A DNA stretch of 62,038 bases, filler included. It is 3 parts of 3 records of this genome, joined end to end, with 100 filler letters (N's around TTAATTAATTAA, not from the genome) between each part and the next. Parts side by side here need not be neighbours in the genome. Positions count along the whole stretch, not along the records: positions 27,591 to 55,961 come from DRR723986_3119; 2 more parts are not named here. The stretch is one strand, 5' to 3'. The notes beneath the pieces were generated by a model. The model did not search any database. It was not told the DNA's origin and saw only the letters and a list, made by a program, of their open reading frames with translations. Shown here piece after piece: positions 29,241-39,256 of this stretch; the stretch's first letter is position 1, and every line of letters begins with the position of its first letter. Position numbers and translations under genes: made by a program.

Positions 29241-30429
29241 CCTGCTCGTCTTCGGGCTGCTGTTTGTAGCAATTGCCATTGGCTGGCTGCTGGGCCGGCG
29301 CAGCGCGGTCAGTTCCGGCGGTGAGCTGCCCAGTCAATACTACAAAGGCCTGAACTACCTGCTCGATGGCCGCCCGGATGGCGCGATAGATTCTTTTATC
29401 AACGCCCTGGAGGTCAACAGCGAAACGCTGGAAACCCACATCGCCCTGGGCAACCTGCTGCGCAAGCGCGGGGAGGTGGACCGGGCGATACGTATTCACC
29501 AGAATCTGCTGGCGCGGCCCAGCTTGCCGCGCGCCCAGGTGCACCAGGCCCACCTTGAACTCGCCCGCGACTATATCAGCGCGGGCTTGCTGGACCGTGC
29601 GGAGCGCCTGCTCCTCGATCTGGTGAAAGAATCCCCGGAGCAGCGGCGCGCCAGCCAGCGCCACTTGCTGGAGATCTACCAGAGCGAGCGCGACTGGGCC
29701 AAAGCGATAGAGGTCGGTACCGCGCTGTTGCCGCGCAAGTCGCTGCTCAAGGGCGCGGCCCCCGGGCGTGAACGGGGCCAGCCGGTTGCGGTGGCACTGG
29801 CGCATTTCTGTTGCGAACTGGCGGCGGAAAACCAGGCCCAGGGCAGGCTGAACGAGGCCCGCAAGCTGCTGCAGCTGGCGCTGAGTCACGACAAACACTG
29901 TGTCAGGGCGTCTATACAGCTGGGCGAGGTCGAGTTTGCCGAGGGCAACTTCAAGGCGGCCGTGAAGTCGCTGCGCCGGGTCAAGCAACAGGATGCCGAC
30001 TATCTACCGGAGACAATCGGCCTGTTGCGGCAGTGCTATGCGGAACTGGGCGATGTGCCGGCGATGAAGTCGTATCTGAGGGAGTGCCTTGGTGTTAACC
30101 CCTCGGCACCTCTGGTGTTGGCGGTCGCCGAGGACCTGCTGCTGGCGGAAGGCAGTGTGGCGGCGGGGGATTTCCTCTCCGCACAGCTGTCGGCGACACC
30201 CTCGCTGCGCGGCCTGGCCCGGCTGATCACCCTGCAGAAGGAGGGCGTCGTCGGAGCAGCCCGGGATAATCTCGACCTGTTACAGGTGCTGGTCGAGCGG
30301 CTCATCGCCGAACGCCCCGCCTACCGCTGTAGTCACTGCGGCTTTGCCGGCCAGCAACTGCACTGGTTCTGCCCGGGCTGCAAGTACTGGGGCACCATGA
30401 AAACCCTGCGCGGCAGCCGACTCGAATAG
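29233..30429 (+). CDS. lapB: LPS assembly protein B (TPR + rubredoxin)
   Basis: N-terminal [33 protein letters not shown]-terminal CxxC...CPGC; GTG start. Confidence 0.96.
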   Translation: MNDLLVFGLLFVAIAIGWLLGRRSAVSSGGELPSQYYKGLNYLLDGRPDGAIDSFINALEVNSETLETHIALGNLLRKRGEVDRAIRIHQNLLARPSLPRAQVHQAHLELARDYISAGLLDRAERLLLDLVKESPEQRRASQRHLLEIYQSERDWAKAIEVGTALLPRKSLLKGAAPGRERGQPVAVALAHFCCELAAENQAQGRLNEARKLLQLALSHDKHCVRASIQLGEVEFAEGNFKAAVKSLRRVKQQDADYLPETIGLLRQCYAELGDVPAMKSYLRECLGVNPSAPLVLAVAEDLLLAEGSVAAGDFLSAQLSATPSLRGLARLITLQKEGVVGAARDNLDLLQVLVERLIAERPAYRCSHCGFAGQQLHWFCPGCKYWGTMKTLRGSRLE

Positions 30430-30448
30430 TAACGAAGCAAGGACCCCC

Positions 30449-31159
30449 ATGAGTAATCCCGTGATCGTAGCCCTGGATTTTCCCAAAGCCTCGGACGCCC
30501 TGGCGCTGGCCGAGCGCCTGTCGCCTGAGCTGTGTCGGCTGAAAGTCGGCAAGGAGCTGTTCACCCGGGCGGGCCCCGCCCTGGTGGAAGCGCTGCACCA
30601 GCGCGGCTTCGAGGTATTCCTGGATCTCAAGTTCCACGATATTCCCAATACCGTCGCCGGCGCGGTGAGTGCGGCGGCCGACCTGGGGGTGTGGATGGTC
30701 AACGTGCACGCCAGTGGCGGTGCGCGGATGATGGAAGCTGCCCGCGAGGCGCTGGCCGGGCGGGACCAGCCACCGCTGCTGATCGGCGTTACGGTACTGA
30801 CCAGCATGTCCGATGATGACCTGGCCTCCATGGGCTATCGGGAGACGGCCCACCAGCGCGTGTTGCGCCTGGCCGGGTTGGCCAGCGATTGCGGTATGGA
30901 TGGTGTGGTCTGCTCCGCCCAGGAAGCGGCGGAGTTGCGCGCGGCCTACGGCAGCGAGTTCTGCCTGGTCACCCCGGGGATTCGCTTTGCGGGGGATGAC
31001 GCCGGTGATCAGCGCCGGGTGGTGACTCCCGCGGATGCCATGCGCCTGGGCGCCAGCTACCTGGTAATCGGTCGATCCATTACCGGCGCCGCTGACCCCC
31101 TGGCTGCCCTGGAGCGGGTACATCGCGAGCTTGCTGACAGCTCAGAAACGGGCGGATAA
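30449..31159 (+). CDS. pyrF: Orotidine-5'-phosphate decarboxylase
   Basis: [38 protein letters not shown]. Confidence 0.98.
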   Translation: MSNPVIVALDFPKASDALALAERLSPELCRLKVGKELFTRAGPALVEALHQRGFEVFLDLKFHDIPNTVAGAVSAAADLGVWMVNVHASGGARMMEAAREALAGRDQPPLLIGVTVLTSMSDDDLASMGYRETAHQRVLRLAGLASDCGMDGVVCSAQEAAELRAAYGSEFCLVTPGIRFAGDDAGDQRRVVTPADAMRLGASYLVIGRSITGAADPLAALERVHRELADSSETGG

Positions 31160-31262
31160 AGTCGAATCCGGGCGCGCGGCCGAATCCGGCGCCACGGCTT
31201 GTTACACTGCTCCCCGATACGGATGCCAGCATGGACGCTGACCTCTATCAGGGAGATACATC

Positions 31263-31628
31263 ATGAGAACATACCTAACCAGCACTGCCTTTCAACTGCC
31301 TGCCAAGTTTGGGAGTTTGCCTCCCGCGCTGCGCCGGCGTTCATTTATCCTTGCGCTGGTAACAGCGCTGGCGTTCGGCGCCGTTCCTCTGCTGACGATG
31401 CCGCCCGCCCATGCCCAGGAGCAGAGTACCGCCACGGTCAATATCAACAAGGCTGATGCCGCCGCGCTGGCGGCCGGCCTGAACGGTGTTGGACTGTCGC
31501 GGGCCGAGGAGATTGTGCGTTACCGGGAAACCTTCGGGCCTTTTGCCTCGGTGGAGGAACTCTCCGAGGTGAAGGGCATTGGTAACGCCACGATCGACAA
31601 GAACCGCGCGGTAATAGTATTGGATTAG
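31263..31628 (+). CDS. comEA: ComEA family helix-hairpin-helix DNA-binding protein
   Basis: Signal-like segment, VNINKADA..L...L.GVG...A..IV.YR...GPF.SVEEL.EVKGIG. Confidence 0.9.
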   Translation: MRTYLTSTAFQLPAKFGSLPPALRRRSFILALVTALAFGAVPLLTMPPAHAQEQSTATVNINKADAAALAAGLNGVGLSRAEEIVRYRETFGPFASVEELSEVKGIGNATIDKNRAVIVLD

Positions 31629-31650
31629 CCATCGTCGCATCCGTATCATG

Positions 31651-31668
31651 AGGGGGCTTCGGCCCCCT
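31651..31668 (+). terminator. GC hairpin (UUCG loop), probable terminator after comEA
   Basis: AGGGGGC-TTCG-GCCCCCT; weak T tail. Confidence 0.6.
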
Positions 31669-31737
31669 TGCTATTGCATCTTGCCTTTAGGTTTCAGGGT
31701 CCGCTGCGCTTCTCAGGCTACACGGTGATCGACAGGG

Positions 31738-32664
31738 GTGAAGTGCCTTGTGACAGGAGCGACCGGCTTTATCGGTCGTGAGCTGCTCGCGCAGTTGCAG
31801 CAGGCAGGCCACCCGGTACGGGCGCTCAGCCGTCACGGTGGCGTGGATCACGCGGGCGGGCCGGTACTGGCCCTTGACCTTGCTGAGGAGGCCGTCGATC
31901 CCGCCCTGCTTGCCGATACCGATGTTGTCTACCATCTTGCGGGTATTGCCCACCAGCGCGCCAGGCCCGAGGACTACCAGCGGGTTAACGTCGAGGCGAC
32001 GCTGGCGCTGGCCCACCAGGCGGCCGCCGCCGGTGTGCCCCTGTTCGTATTCCTCAGCAGCGTAAAAGCGCACCAGGCTGACGCGCTGCCCGGCGACCCC
32101 TACGCCGAATCGAAATACCGGGTCGAATGTGCCCTGCTGGAGGAGTTTGCCGGCGCCGGCATGGCGGTGGTTATTCTGCGACCCGCGCTGGTGTACGGCG
32201 CCGGGGTGAAGGGAAACCTGGCTGCCCTGGCCGTGGCTGTGGCGCGGGGGATGCCGCGCCCGCCGCAAGTGGGGGGTCGCTCCATGATCGGCGTCGCGGA
32301 CCTCGCCCGCTTACTGATCCAGATCGGTGAGCGCTGGCCCTGTGCCCCGAGCGGGACGGTGTGGACCGCGACCGATGGCGAGGCCTACAGCACGCAGCGC
32401 CTGTTCGATGCCCTGAGGCGCGCGGGCGGTCATGAGCCGGGGCGGGCCTGGGTGCCGCTGTGGTGTTGGCGCATCCTTGCCGGTCTGTTGGACTTGCTCA
32501 CCCTGTCTCGTCCCGGTGGCCGCTATGAGCGCTTGTTCGGCACCGAAATCAAGGACGGATCCGCGGTCTGCCAGGCACTGGACTGGTATCCCGGGGAGGT
32601 CTTCGAGGATCTCGCACCGCTGATCGCCGCCGGGTCCGGGCGCGGCGAGGGCAGCGCCGCGTGA
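31738..32664 (+). CDS. NAD-dependent epimerase/dehydratase (WbpV/WbpK-like)
   Basis: TGATGFIG, HLAG, SSVKA, YAESK, RPALVYG. Confidence 0.9.
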   Translation: MKCLVTGATGFIGRELLAQLQQAGHPVRALSRHGGVDHAGGPVLALDLAEEAVDPALLADTDVVYHLAGIAHQRARPEDYQRVNVEATLALAHQAAAAGVPLFVFLSSVKAHQADALPGDPYAESKYRVECALLEEFAGAGMAVVILRPALVYGAGVKGNLAALAVAVARGMPRPPQVGGRSMIGVADLARLLIQIGERWPCAPSGTVWTATDGEAYSTQRLFDALRRAGGHEPGRAWVPLWCWRILAGLLDLLTLSRPGGRYERLFGTEIKDGSAVCQALDWYPGEVFEDLAPLIAAGSGRGEGSAA

Positions 32665-33641
32665 TAGCCCTGTTAGCAACTCTGCTGCTGTCGGCACTGG
32701 GCAGCCTGGCGTATCTCGGGTTTGCCCGGCGCCTGCAGATTCTCGATCACCCCAATCACCGCAGCTCCCACGTGCATCCCACGCCCCATGGCGGTGGAGT
32801 TCCCCTGTTGCTGGCCTTTGCCACGGGCACTGCCGTGGCCGCCCTTCAGTACGGCTTATGGCCCGGGGAATACCTGCTGCTGCTGGGCGTCGCCCTCCTG
32901 CTCATGCTGCTGGGGGTTGTTGATGACCTGCTGCATCTGTCGGTGAGGCTGCGTATGGGCTGTTACGCCGTCGCCTCACTGCTGGTGGCCTTGGCCCTGT
33001 TGTGGGATGCCTGGTCGGGTCTGCCGCTCCTACTGGTCGCCTCCCTGGCGGCCTTTGGCCTGTTGTGGTCTCTCAATCTGTATAACTTCATGGATGGCAT
33101 CGATGGTATTGCTGCGACCCAGTGTATCGTTGCCTGCGCGGGCATTGCCCTGCTGGTGTTCGTCGGCGGCGGTGACCAGCGCTATGTGTTGTTCTGCCTG
33201 TTGTTGGCGGCGGCCCAGCTCGGATTCCTCCTGTTCAACTGGCCGCCGGCGCGCCTGTTCATGGGTGATGCCGGCAGTGTGCCCACGGGTTTCCTGCTGG
33301 CGGCGCTTGCCCTGCTGGGCTGGACCAGTGACATCATCGCGCCCGGCTGCTGGCTGATCCTGGGGGCGGTGTTCATCACCGATGCCAGTTGGACGCTCTG
33401 TCGTCGCCTGCTGCAGGGCAAACAGCCTACCGAGGCCCACCGGGAGCATGCTTACCAGCGCCTCGCGCGGAGCTGGGGGTCCCACCTGCCGGTAGACCTG
33501 CTGTTGCTGGCAATCAATGCCCTGTGGTTGTTCCCCCTGGCCTGGCTGGTCACCCTGTGGCCCGGGCAACAGGCGATATTGGTAATTTTGGCGTACCTTC
33601 CGCTGGCCATCGGCATGGCTAGAATGCGCAATATGACGTAG
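32661..33641 (+). CDS. Undecaprenyl-phosphate glycosyl-1-phosphate transferase (GT4/WbpL-like)
   Basis: D.PN.RSSH..PTP.GGG, NLYNFMDGIDG, FNWPPARLFMGDAGS, AHREHAYQRL. Confidence 0.93.
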   Translation: MIALLATLLLSALGSLAYLGFARRLQILDHPNHRSSHVHPTPHGGGVPLLLAFATGTAVAALQYGLWPGEYLLLLGVALLLMLLGVVDDLLHLSVRLRMGCYAVASLLVALALLWDAWSGLPLLLVASLAAFGLLWSLNLYNFMDGIDGIAATQCIVACAGIALLVFVGGGDQRYVLFCLLLAAAQLGFLLFNWPPARLFMGDAGSVPTGFLLAALALLGWTSDIIAPGCWLILGAVFITDASWTLCRRLLQGKQPTEAHREHAYQRLARSWGSHLPVDLLLLAINALWLFPLAWLVTLWPGQQAILVILAYLPLAIGMARMRNMT

Positions 33642-33703
33642 TATTCGACTTTCCGGCCATCGAGCACCACAAAACCAAAAGGCCGGGTTTTGACCAGTAG
33701 AGA

Positions 33704-35755
33704 GTGGGAGAGGGCTTGCTTAGTCGAGTAACGCGGTATCTTGTCCTTTCGGTGTCCGAAGCTGTCGGGGGTGTGCGCTTGGCTCTCGAAAAACTGGTCG
33801 AACTGCCCCGTAATATCAAGCAGTCAGTTCTTTTGTTCCTGGACATGGCCTTTGTCTGCATCGCCATGTGGTCGGCGGTAGCGCTGCGTTTCGGACACGT
33901 CAATTTCCAGCTTGGTCCTATCGAATACCTCTGCGGCGGGCTGACCCTGGCGGCCAGTGCGGTGATCTTTCTGCGCCTGGGCCTGTATCGCGCGGTCATC
34001 CGCTACATGGGCCAGCAGGCGATCTGGGCAATCATCACCGCGGTCAGCTACTCCACCCTGGTGCTTGGCGCCAGCGTGTTCTTCACCCAGGCCGAAGTGC
34101 CGCGGTCCATGCCGTTTATCTACTGGGCGCTGGCCCTGCTGACTATTGGTGGCACCCGCTTGGTCGTGCGCGCCTACTACCAGGCTAAATTGCGTTCCAT
34201 GAGCAAGAACGTGCTCATTTACGGGGCCGGGGAATCAGGCCGGCAGTTGCTCACGGCACTGCACCACGGTGACCAGTACCGGGTCATCGCCTTCGTTGAC
34301 GACGATGTGCGTCTCCAGCACTCGGTGATCAACGGCTTGCGTGTTGCCAGCCCACAGGTCATGGAAAACCTGATCAAGGACCACAACATCACCCAGATTC
34401 TGCTGGCGATACCCTCGGCCTCGGCGGAACGTCGCCGCGAGATCATCAACTCGCTGGTTGGCATGCCGGTTCACGTGCGCACGGTGCCGCGAATCAACGA
34501 GCTGGTGGCGGGGCGTGCGGCGGTCAACCAGATCCAGGATATTGACCTCGACGACCTGCTCGGCCGGGAACCTGTGCCGCCCCACCCGGAGCTGATTGAT
34601 CGCTGTATCACGGACAAGGTGGTGATGGTCACTGGTGCCGGCGGCAGTATCGGCTCCGAGCTCTGTCGCCAGATACTCCTGTCGCGCCCGAAAGAACTCC
34701 TGCTGCTGGATAACTCCGAGTACGCCCTGTACCAGACCGAGCGTATGCTGCGTCAGGAAATGGCCGCCAGTGGCTGCCATGTGGACATAGTGGTGCTGCT
34801 CGGCTCGGTCCAGGATCAGCGGCGGCTGGAAACCCTGTTCCGTACCTTTGGCGTGCACTCGGTTTACCACGCCGCGGCCTACAAGCATGTGCCGATGGTG
34901 GAATATAACGTCGCCGAGGGAGTCGCCAACAACGTCTTCGGCACCTGGTACGCCGCCGAAGCCGCGCGCAAGGCCGGGGTCGAGACCTTTGTCCTGATTT
35001 CCACTGACAAGGCGGTGCGCCCCACCAATATCATGGGAGCATCCAAGCGCTTCGCCGAACTGATCCTGCAGGGCCTGGCCCAGAACGATTCCGACACCCG
35101 CTTCTGCATGGTGCGATTTGGCAACGTACTCGGCTCCTCCGGGTCGGTAGTGCCGCTGTTTCGTGAGCAGATCGAGAGCGGCGGGCCGGTAACCATTACC
35201 CATCCGGAAGTGTCTCGCTATTTCATGAGCATTCCCGAGGCGGCGCAGCTGGTACTGCAGGCCAGCGCCATGGGCACCGGCGGTGACGTCTTTGTGCTGG
35301 ACATGGGTGAGCCGGTTCGTATCGTCGACCTGGCCCGACGAATGATTCGTCTCAGCGGCTACGAGATGGATCACGACACCCCGATTGGCGAACACATCGA
35401 TATCGAATTCATCGGTCTGCGCCCCGGCGAGAAACTGCATGAGGAACTCTTGCTCGGCACCGCAGTAACCGGAACCGGGCACCCGATGATCATGCGGGCG
35501 GAGGAGGAGTGCCTGTCTTACAGCCAGATGCACCGCTCGCTGATGGAACTGATGCATTTCTGCGACGGCATGGACTGTGCCGGCATTACCGCCGTGTTGA
35601 GCGAGGCGGTTAGTGGCTTTGGTGGCCACGAGATCCGGCATGACCACGTTTGGGTCAAGCAGGGTAAGGCCGGCAAGCGGGTCCCGGTCAAAACGGCTGC
35701 GGCGGTCAGTTCCAACGTGAAGGAACTGTTCCCGGAGCGCAAGAAACGCGACTGA
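33704..35755 (+). CDS. Nucleoside-diphosphate sugar 4,6-dehydratase (WbpM/CapD family)
   Basis: N-terminal TMs, TGAGGSIGSELCRQ, HAAAYKHVP, STDKAVRPTN.MGASKR, GLRPGEKL.EEL; start codon uncertain. Confidence 0.95.
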   Translation: MGEGLLSRVTRYLVLSVSEAVGGVRLALEKLVELPRNIKQSVLLFLDMAFVCIAMWSAVALRFGHVNFQLGPIEYLCGGLTLAASAVIFLRLGLYRAVIRYMGQQAIWAIITAVSYSTLVLGASVFFTQAEVPRSMPFIYWALALLTIGGTRLVVRAYYQAKLRSMSKNVLIYGAGESGRQLLTALHHGDQYRVIAFVDDDVRLQHSVINGLRVASPQVMENLIKDHNITQILLAIPSASAERRREIINSLVGMPVHVRTVPRINELVAGRAAVNQIQDIDLDDLLGREPVPPHPELIDRCITDKVVMVTGAGGSIGSELCRQILLSRPKELLLLDNSEYALYQTERMLRQEMAASGCHVDIVVLLGSVQDQRRLETLFRTFGVHSVYHAAAYKHVPMVEYNVAEGVANNVFGTWYAAEAARKAGVETFVLISTDKAVRPTNIMGASKRFAELILQGLAQNDSDTRFCMVRFGNVLGSSGSVVPLFREQIESGGPVTITHPEVSRYFMSIPEAAQLVLQASAMGTGGDVFVLDMGEPVRIVDLARRMIRLSGYEMDHDTPIGEHIDIEFIGLRPGEKLHEELLLGTAVTGTGHPMIMRAEEECLSYSQMHRSLMELMHFCDGMDCAGITAVLSEAVSGFGGHEIRHDHVWVKQGKAGKRVPVKTAAAVSSNVKELFPERKKRD

Positions 35756-35793
35756 CCCGGCTCCCGCGGTAGTCCCTCCAGATAGCAAATCTT

Positions 35794-36753
35794 ATGACCG
35801 ACTTCGATGTATTCAATGGTGATGCCGATGGCATCTGCGCGCTGACCCAGTTACGAAACGCGGAGCCGCGCGCGGCGCAGCTGATCACCGGGGTCAAGCG
35901 CGACATCGCCCTACTGCGGCAGGTTGAGGCTGGTGCCGGCTCCCGGGTGACGGTGCTGGACGTCTCCCTGGACAAGAATCGGGAAGGCCTGCAGACGGTG
36001 CTGGATGCCGGTGCCGAGGTGTTCTACTGCGATCACCATTTTGCCGGGGATATCCCGGAGTCCGCGCGGCTGGAGACGCTGATCAACACCGCCCCTGACG
36101 TGTGCACCAGCCTGCTGGTCAATAACTACCTGAATGGCGCTTTCCTGGCCTGGGCTGTGGTCGGAACCTTCGGTGATAACCTGCGCGCGAGCGCCCAGGC
36201 GATCGCCCGCCCCCTGCAACTCGATGCCGAGCGCCTTGATGCCCTGGAACATCTCGGGATCTACATTAACTACAACGGCTATGGCGCGAGCCTGGCGGAC
36301 CTGCATTTCGAGCCTGCTGACCTGTACCAGCGGGTCAGCCGCTATGCCGACCCGTTTGCGTTCATGACCGATGCCCGTGAGGACTACCAGCGCCTCGCAG
36401 ACGGCTACCGTGACGATATGGCGGCCGCGGGGTCACTGGCGCCAGCGTATGACGATGGCGCGGCGGCCGTGTTCCTGTTTCCCGATGAGCCCTGGGCGCG
36501 CCGGGTGAGCGGGGTGTACAGCAATGACCTGGCCAACGCCCACCCCGCACGGGCGCACGCGGTGGTTACTGCCCGCGCGAGCGGGACATTCCTGGTCAGT
36601 GTTCGCGCCCCGCTGGAAAACAAGACCGGGGCGGATGAGCTGTGTCGCCAGTTTCCCACCGGCGGAGGACGGCAGGCGGCTGCCGGCATCAACGACCTGC
36701 CGGCGGATATGCTGGATACCTTCATTGAGCGTTTCGCGGCGTTCTACGCCTGA
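35794..36753 (+). CDS. DHH family phosphoesterase
   Basis: NGDADG, LDVS, DHH, GD, C-terminal SVRAP...GGGR..AAG (DHHA1-like). Confidence 0.85.
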   Translation: MTDFDVFNGDADGICALTQLRNAEPRAAQLITGVKRDIALLRQVEAGAGSRVTVLDVSLDKNREGLQTVLDAGAEVFYCDHHFAGDIPESARLETLINTAPDVCTSLLVNNYLNGAFLAWAVVGTFGDNLRASAQAIARPLQLDAERLDALEHLGIYINYNGYGASLADLHFEPADLYQRVSRYADPFAFMTDAREDYQRLADGYRDDMAAAGSLAPAYDDGAAAVFLFPDEPWARRVSGVYSNDLANAHPARAHAVVTARASGTFLVSVRAPLENKTGADELCRQFPTGGGRQAAAGINDLPADMLDTFIERFAAFYA

Positions 36754-37754
36754 CTGAGCAGTGCGTCCCGGGCCGCGTCCGGTGAGATCTCTGCCAGCTG
36801 CAGCAGGGCCCGCCTTACCGGCGCCTGGCTGATGGTGATATAGGGGTCGTCGGGTTCCAGGGTTTGCCGGTGGCTGGAGATTGCGAGACTGACCGCCAGG
36901 CGGGCGCGGATCAGCTCGAACAGGATAGCCAGTTCCCCCTCCTGCAGCGGATGCAGCTCGGTGTAGCCGCGCAGGAACTCCGAACAGACGACCAGCGGCC
37001 GTTCCCGGTCGAGGATCAGATAGGCGAGGGCAATCGCCACATCGCAGATAACGGGCTGCCAGGACATGTCGCCGAAATCGATCAGCCCGGTCACCCGTTC
37101 GTCTTCCACCAGCACGTTGTAATCGTTGGCGTCGTTGTGCACGACGCTCCAGGGCAGTGCTGCCAGGTGTGGCGCGGCGACTGTGCTAAAGACCTCGATG
37201 GCATGTTCTGCCAGGGGCGCAGCCTCACCCTCGATGGCAGACATCAAGGGCGCGACTTCCGCGGCGCGGCTCAACTCCCAGCGATGCCCGCGCGCCATGG
37301 CCGGGTGTTCGAACCCAGCCAGGCCGTTGCGGACCTGCGCCAGCAGCCGTCCGAAACTGACCGCGAGCTCACTTGTCAGGGGCGTGCAACGGGCGAGCAG
37401 GGTGCCGGTGCACCAGCTGAGCAGCCAGGCGAGCCGCGGCTCACCGTCCACGACGACCCGGCTGAATGCCTCGCCAGCACAGTTCTCGATTACCCGCGGC
37501 AGATTCAGTCCCAGCGGGGCAAGATGCCTGAGCGCAGCGGCCTGGAAATCGACGGCCTCCGGCAGGCATCCCTGGTGCATGATTTTCAGCACATAACGCG
37601 TACCCCCGGCAGTGCTTACCTGGAAGTTGGCGTCGCGCTCACCATCAAGGCGGGTAAGTTCGCCCTGTAAAGACCAGTGCCTCGTGAGGCAGGTCTGTGC
37701 GCTGTCCATGCTGGTCACCGGTGTCAGTTCCTGCTCTTCTCGCTGGGGGGGCAT
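36744..37754 (-). CDS. APH-like phosphotransferase (hydroxylysine kinase / homoserine kinase II-like)
   Basis: GERDANF, VLKI, HNDANDYNVLV, IDFGD; start may be 37710. Confidence 0.85.
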   Translation of the reverse strand: MPPQREEQELTPVTSMDSAQTCLTRHWSLQGELTRLDGERDANFQVSTAGGTRYVLKIMHQGCLPEAVDFQAAALRHLAPLGLNLPRVIENCAGEAFSRVVVDGEPRLAWLLSWCTGTLLARCTPLTSELAVSFGRLLAQVRNGLAGFEHPAMARGHRWELSRAAEVAPLMSAIEGEAAPLAEHAIEVFSTVAAPHLAALPWSVVHNDANDYNVLVEDERVTGLIDFGDMSWQPVICDVAIALAYLILDRERPLVVCSEFLRGYTELHPLQEGELAILFELIRARLAVSLAISSHRQTLEPDDPYITISQAPVRRALLQLAEISPDAARDALLSQA

Positions 37755-37840
37755 GATAACAGCTGAAGCGTAACAGGCCTGTACTTGCGTCGACCATGCC
37801 CTTGCCGGAAGATGCCCGCTGGTTCACGCGGAGGGCGGTC

Positions 37841-38728
37841 ATGGATTGGGATGACATGAAGGTGTTCCTGGCGCTGAGTCGCAAGGGATCGGCCCGGGCG
37901 GCGGCGCAGGATCTTGGGGTAAGCAACTCAACTGTCACCCGACGCCTCGATGACATGGAGCGCGAGCTGGGTACGCGGCTGTTCGACCGGACGCCCGACG
38001 GTTATCGAATGACCGCTGCTGCGGAGGAACTGCAGCCGACCGCCGAGCACGTCGAAGAATTGATCCTGACCGCGGAGCGCAAGATCACCGGTGGTGACCG
38101 CGAACTGGAGGGGGCTATCCGACTGACCATGCCGCCGGTTGGGCTGGGCTTCCTGATGCAACGGATCGGTGAGTTTGCCGCCCAGTATCCGGGCATTGAA
38201 CTGGATCTGTTGCCCAGCCTCGAGGCCCTGGACCTCAGTCGCCGCGAGGCCGATATCGCTATCCGTGTGTTGTCCGCCGGGGCCAAGCCGCCCGATTACC
38301 TGATCGGGCGCTATCTCTCACCATTGACTGCCTCCACCTATGTGCACCGCGACTTGCTTAATCCCGATGACCCCGCCGATGTCAGCCACCTTACCTGGAT
38401 CGGTAAGTACCCCGGTAACCAGCGCGAGGACTGGTTGCAGAAGACCAACTACCCCGATCTGCCCGTACGCCATGCCATCCAGGATATCGACCTGGTGTTG
38501 GAGGCGGTGCGCCATCGCATGGGATTGGCCTTCATGCCGTGTTTTGCCGCCTATTACGAACCCGATATCGTCCGTGTGCCCGGCGCGAGCATTGTCCATC
38601 ATTCTGATATGTGGGTGCTGACCCACCGCGACCTGAGGCTCAGTGCCCGGATGCGGGTACTGCGGGAGATCATCGCCGAAGAGTTCGGCAAGATTCGCTA
38701 TCAGCTGGATACCCGCGAGGCTGGATGA
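37841..38728 (+). CDS. LysR family regulator
   Basis: MDWDDMKVFLALSRKGS...AA..LGVSNSTVTRRL HTH; DLSRREADIAIR. Confidence 0.93.
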   Translation: MDWDDMKVFLALSRKGSARAAAQDLGVSNSTVTRRLDDMERELGTRLFDRTPDGYRMTAAAEELQPTAEHVEELILTAERKITGGDRELEGAIRLTMPPVGLGFLMQRIGEFAAQYPGIELDLLPSLEALDLSRREADIAIRVLSAGAKPPDYLIGRYLSPLTASTYVHRDLLNPDDPADVSHLTWIGKYPGNQREDWLQKTNYPDLPVRHAIQDIDLVLEAVRHRMGLAFMPCFAAYYEPDIVRVPGASIVHHSDMWVLTHRDLRLSARMRVLREIIAEEFGKIRYQLDTREAG

Positions 38729-38747
38729 CAGTATCAATCGCAAGGTA

Positions 38748-38764
38748 TGTCCGAAAATGCAACA
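38748..38764. promoter_or_regulatory. Putative LysR box (TGT-N11-ACA)
   Basis: TGT-CCGAAAATGCA-ACA about 80 nt upstream of the next gene. Confidence 0.5.
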
Positions 38765-38842
38765 CGGGAGATTGAAAAAGGACATTACGCCCATAATTGG
38801 ATAGGTCTATTATCGCACTGCAACCTTCAAGGAGGTAGAGCG

Positions 38843-39175
38843 ATGAAAAAAGTAATAGTAACTTTGGTAGGCGTAGTAATGGCAGGCCTGGCGGTATCCG
38901 CGATGGCCTCAAAGCAGGACAGGGAGGCTCTGAGCCAGTGCAAGGCCGATATCCAGGCGGTGTACGGCGAGGATGTTCGAACCAAGCTCAAGGGCGTCAG
39001 AAACGGACGTTCCGGTACCAGCATGCGAATCCAGACGATTCCTGCCGGTGGCGAGAGCCTGATGGTGACCTGCATCGTGGACCGGGACGGAGTTTCCAAC
39101 CTTATGGACTCCGAGGGCGTGGCCCTGACAGTTCCCGCCTTCGACACAGCCGACAAGGTATCGCTCAGCGACTGA
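38843..39175 (+). CDS. Small exported hypothetical protein (2 Cys)
   Basis: AGGAGG RBS, MKKVIV...AVSAMA signal peptide, followed by a terminator. Confidence 0.8.
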   Translation: MKKVIVTLVGVVMAGLAVSAMASKQDREALSQCKADIQAVYGEDVRTKLKGVRNGRSGTSMRIQTIPAGGESLMVTCIVDRDGVSNLMDSEGVALTVPAFDTADKVSLSD

Positions 39176-39224
39176 GCTCCGGTTGCGGAGAGCATGTGTC
39201 CATAGTGATATTTTTTGGTTGTAG

Positions 39225-39249
39225 AGCCGCCCACCGGGCGGCTTTTTTT
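39225..39249 (+). terminator. Rho-independent terminator
   Basis: AGCCGCCC-ACC-GGGCGGCT followed by TTTTTT. Confidence 0.85.
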
Positions 39250-39256
39250 GTCCGGT

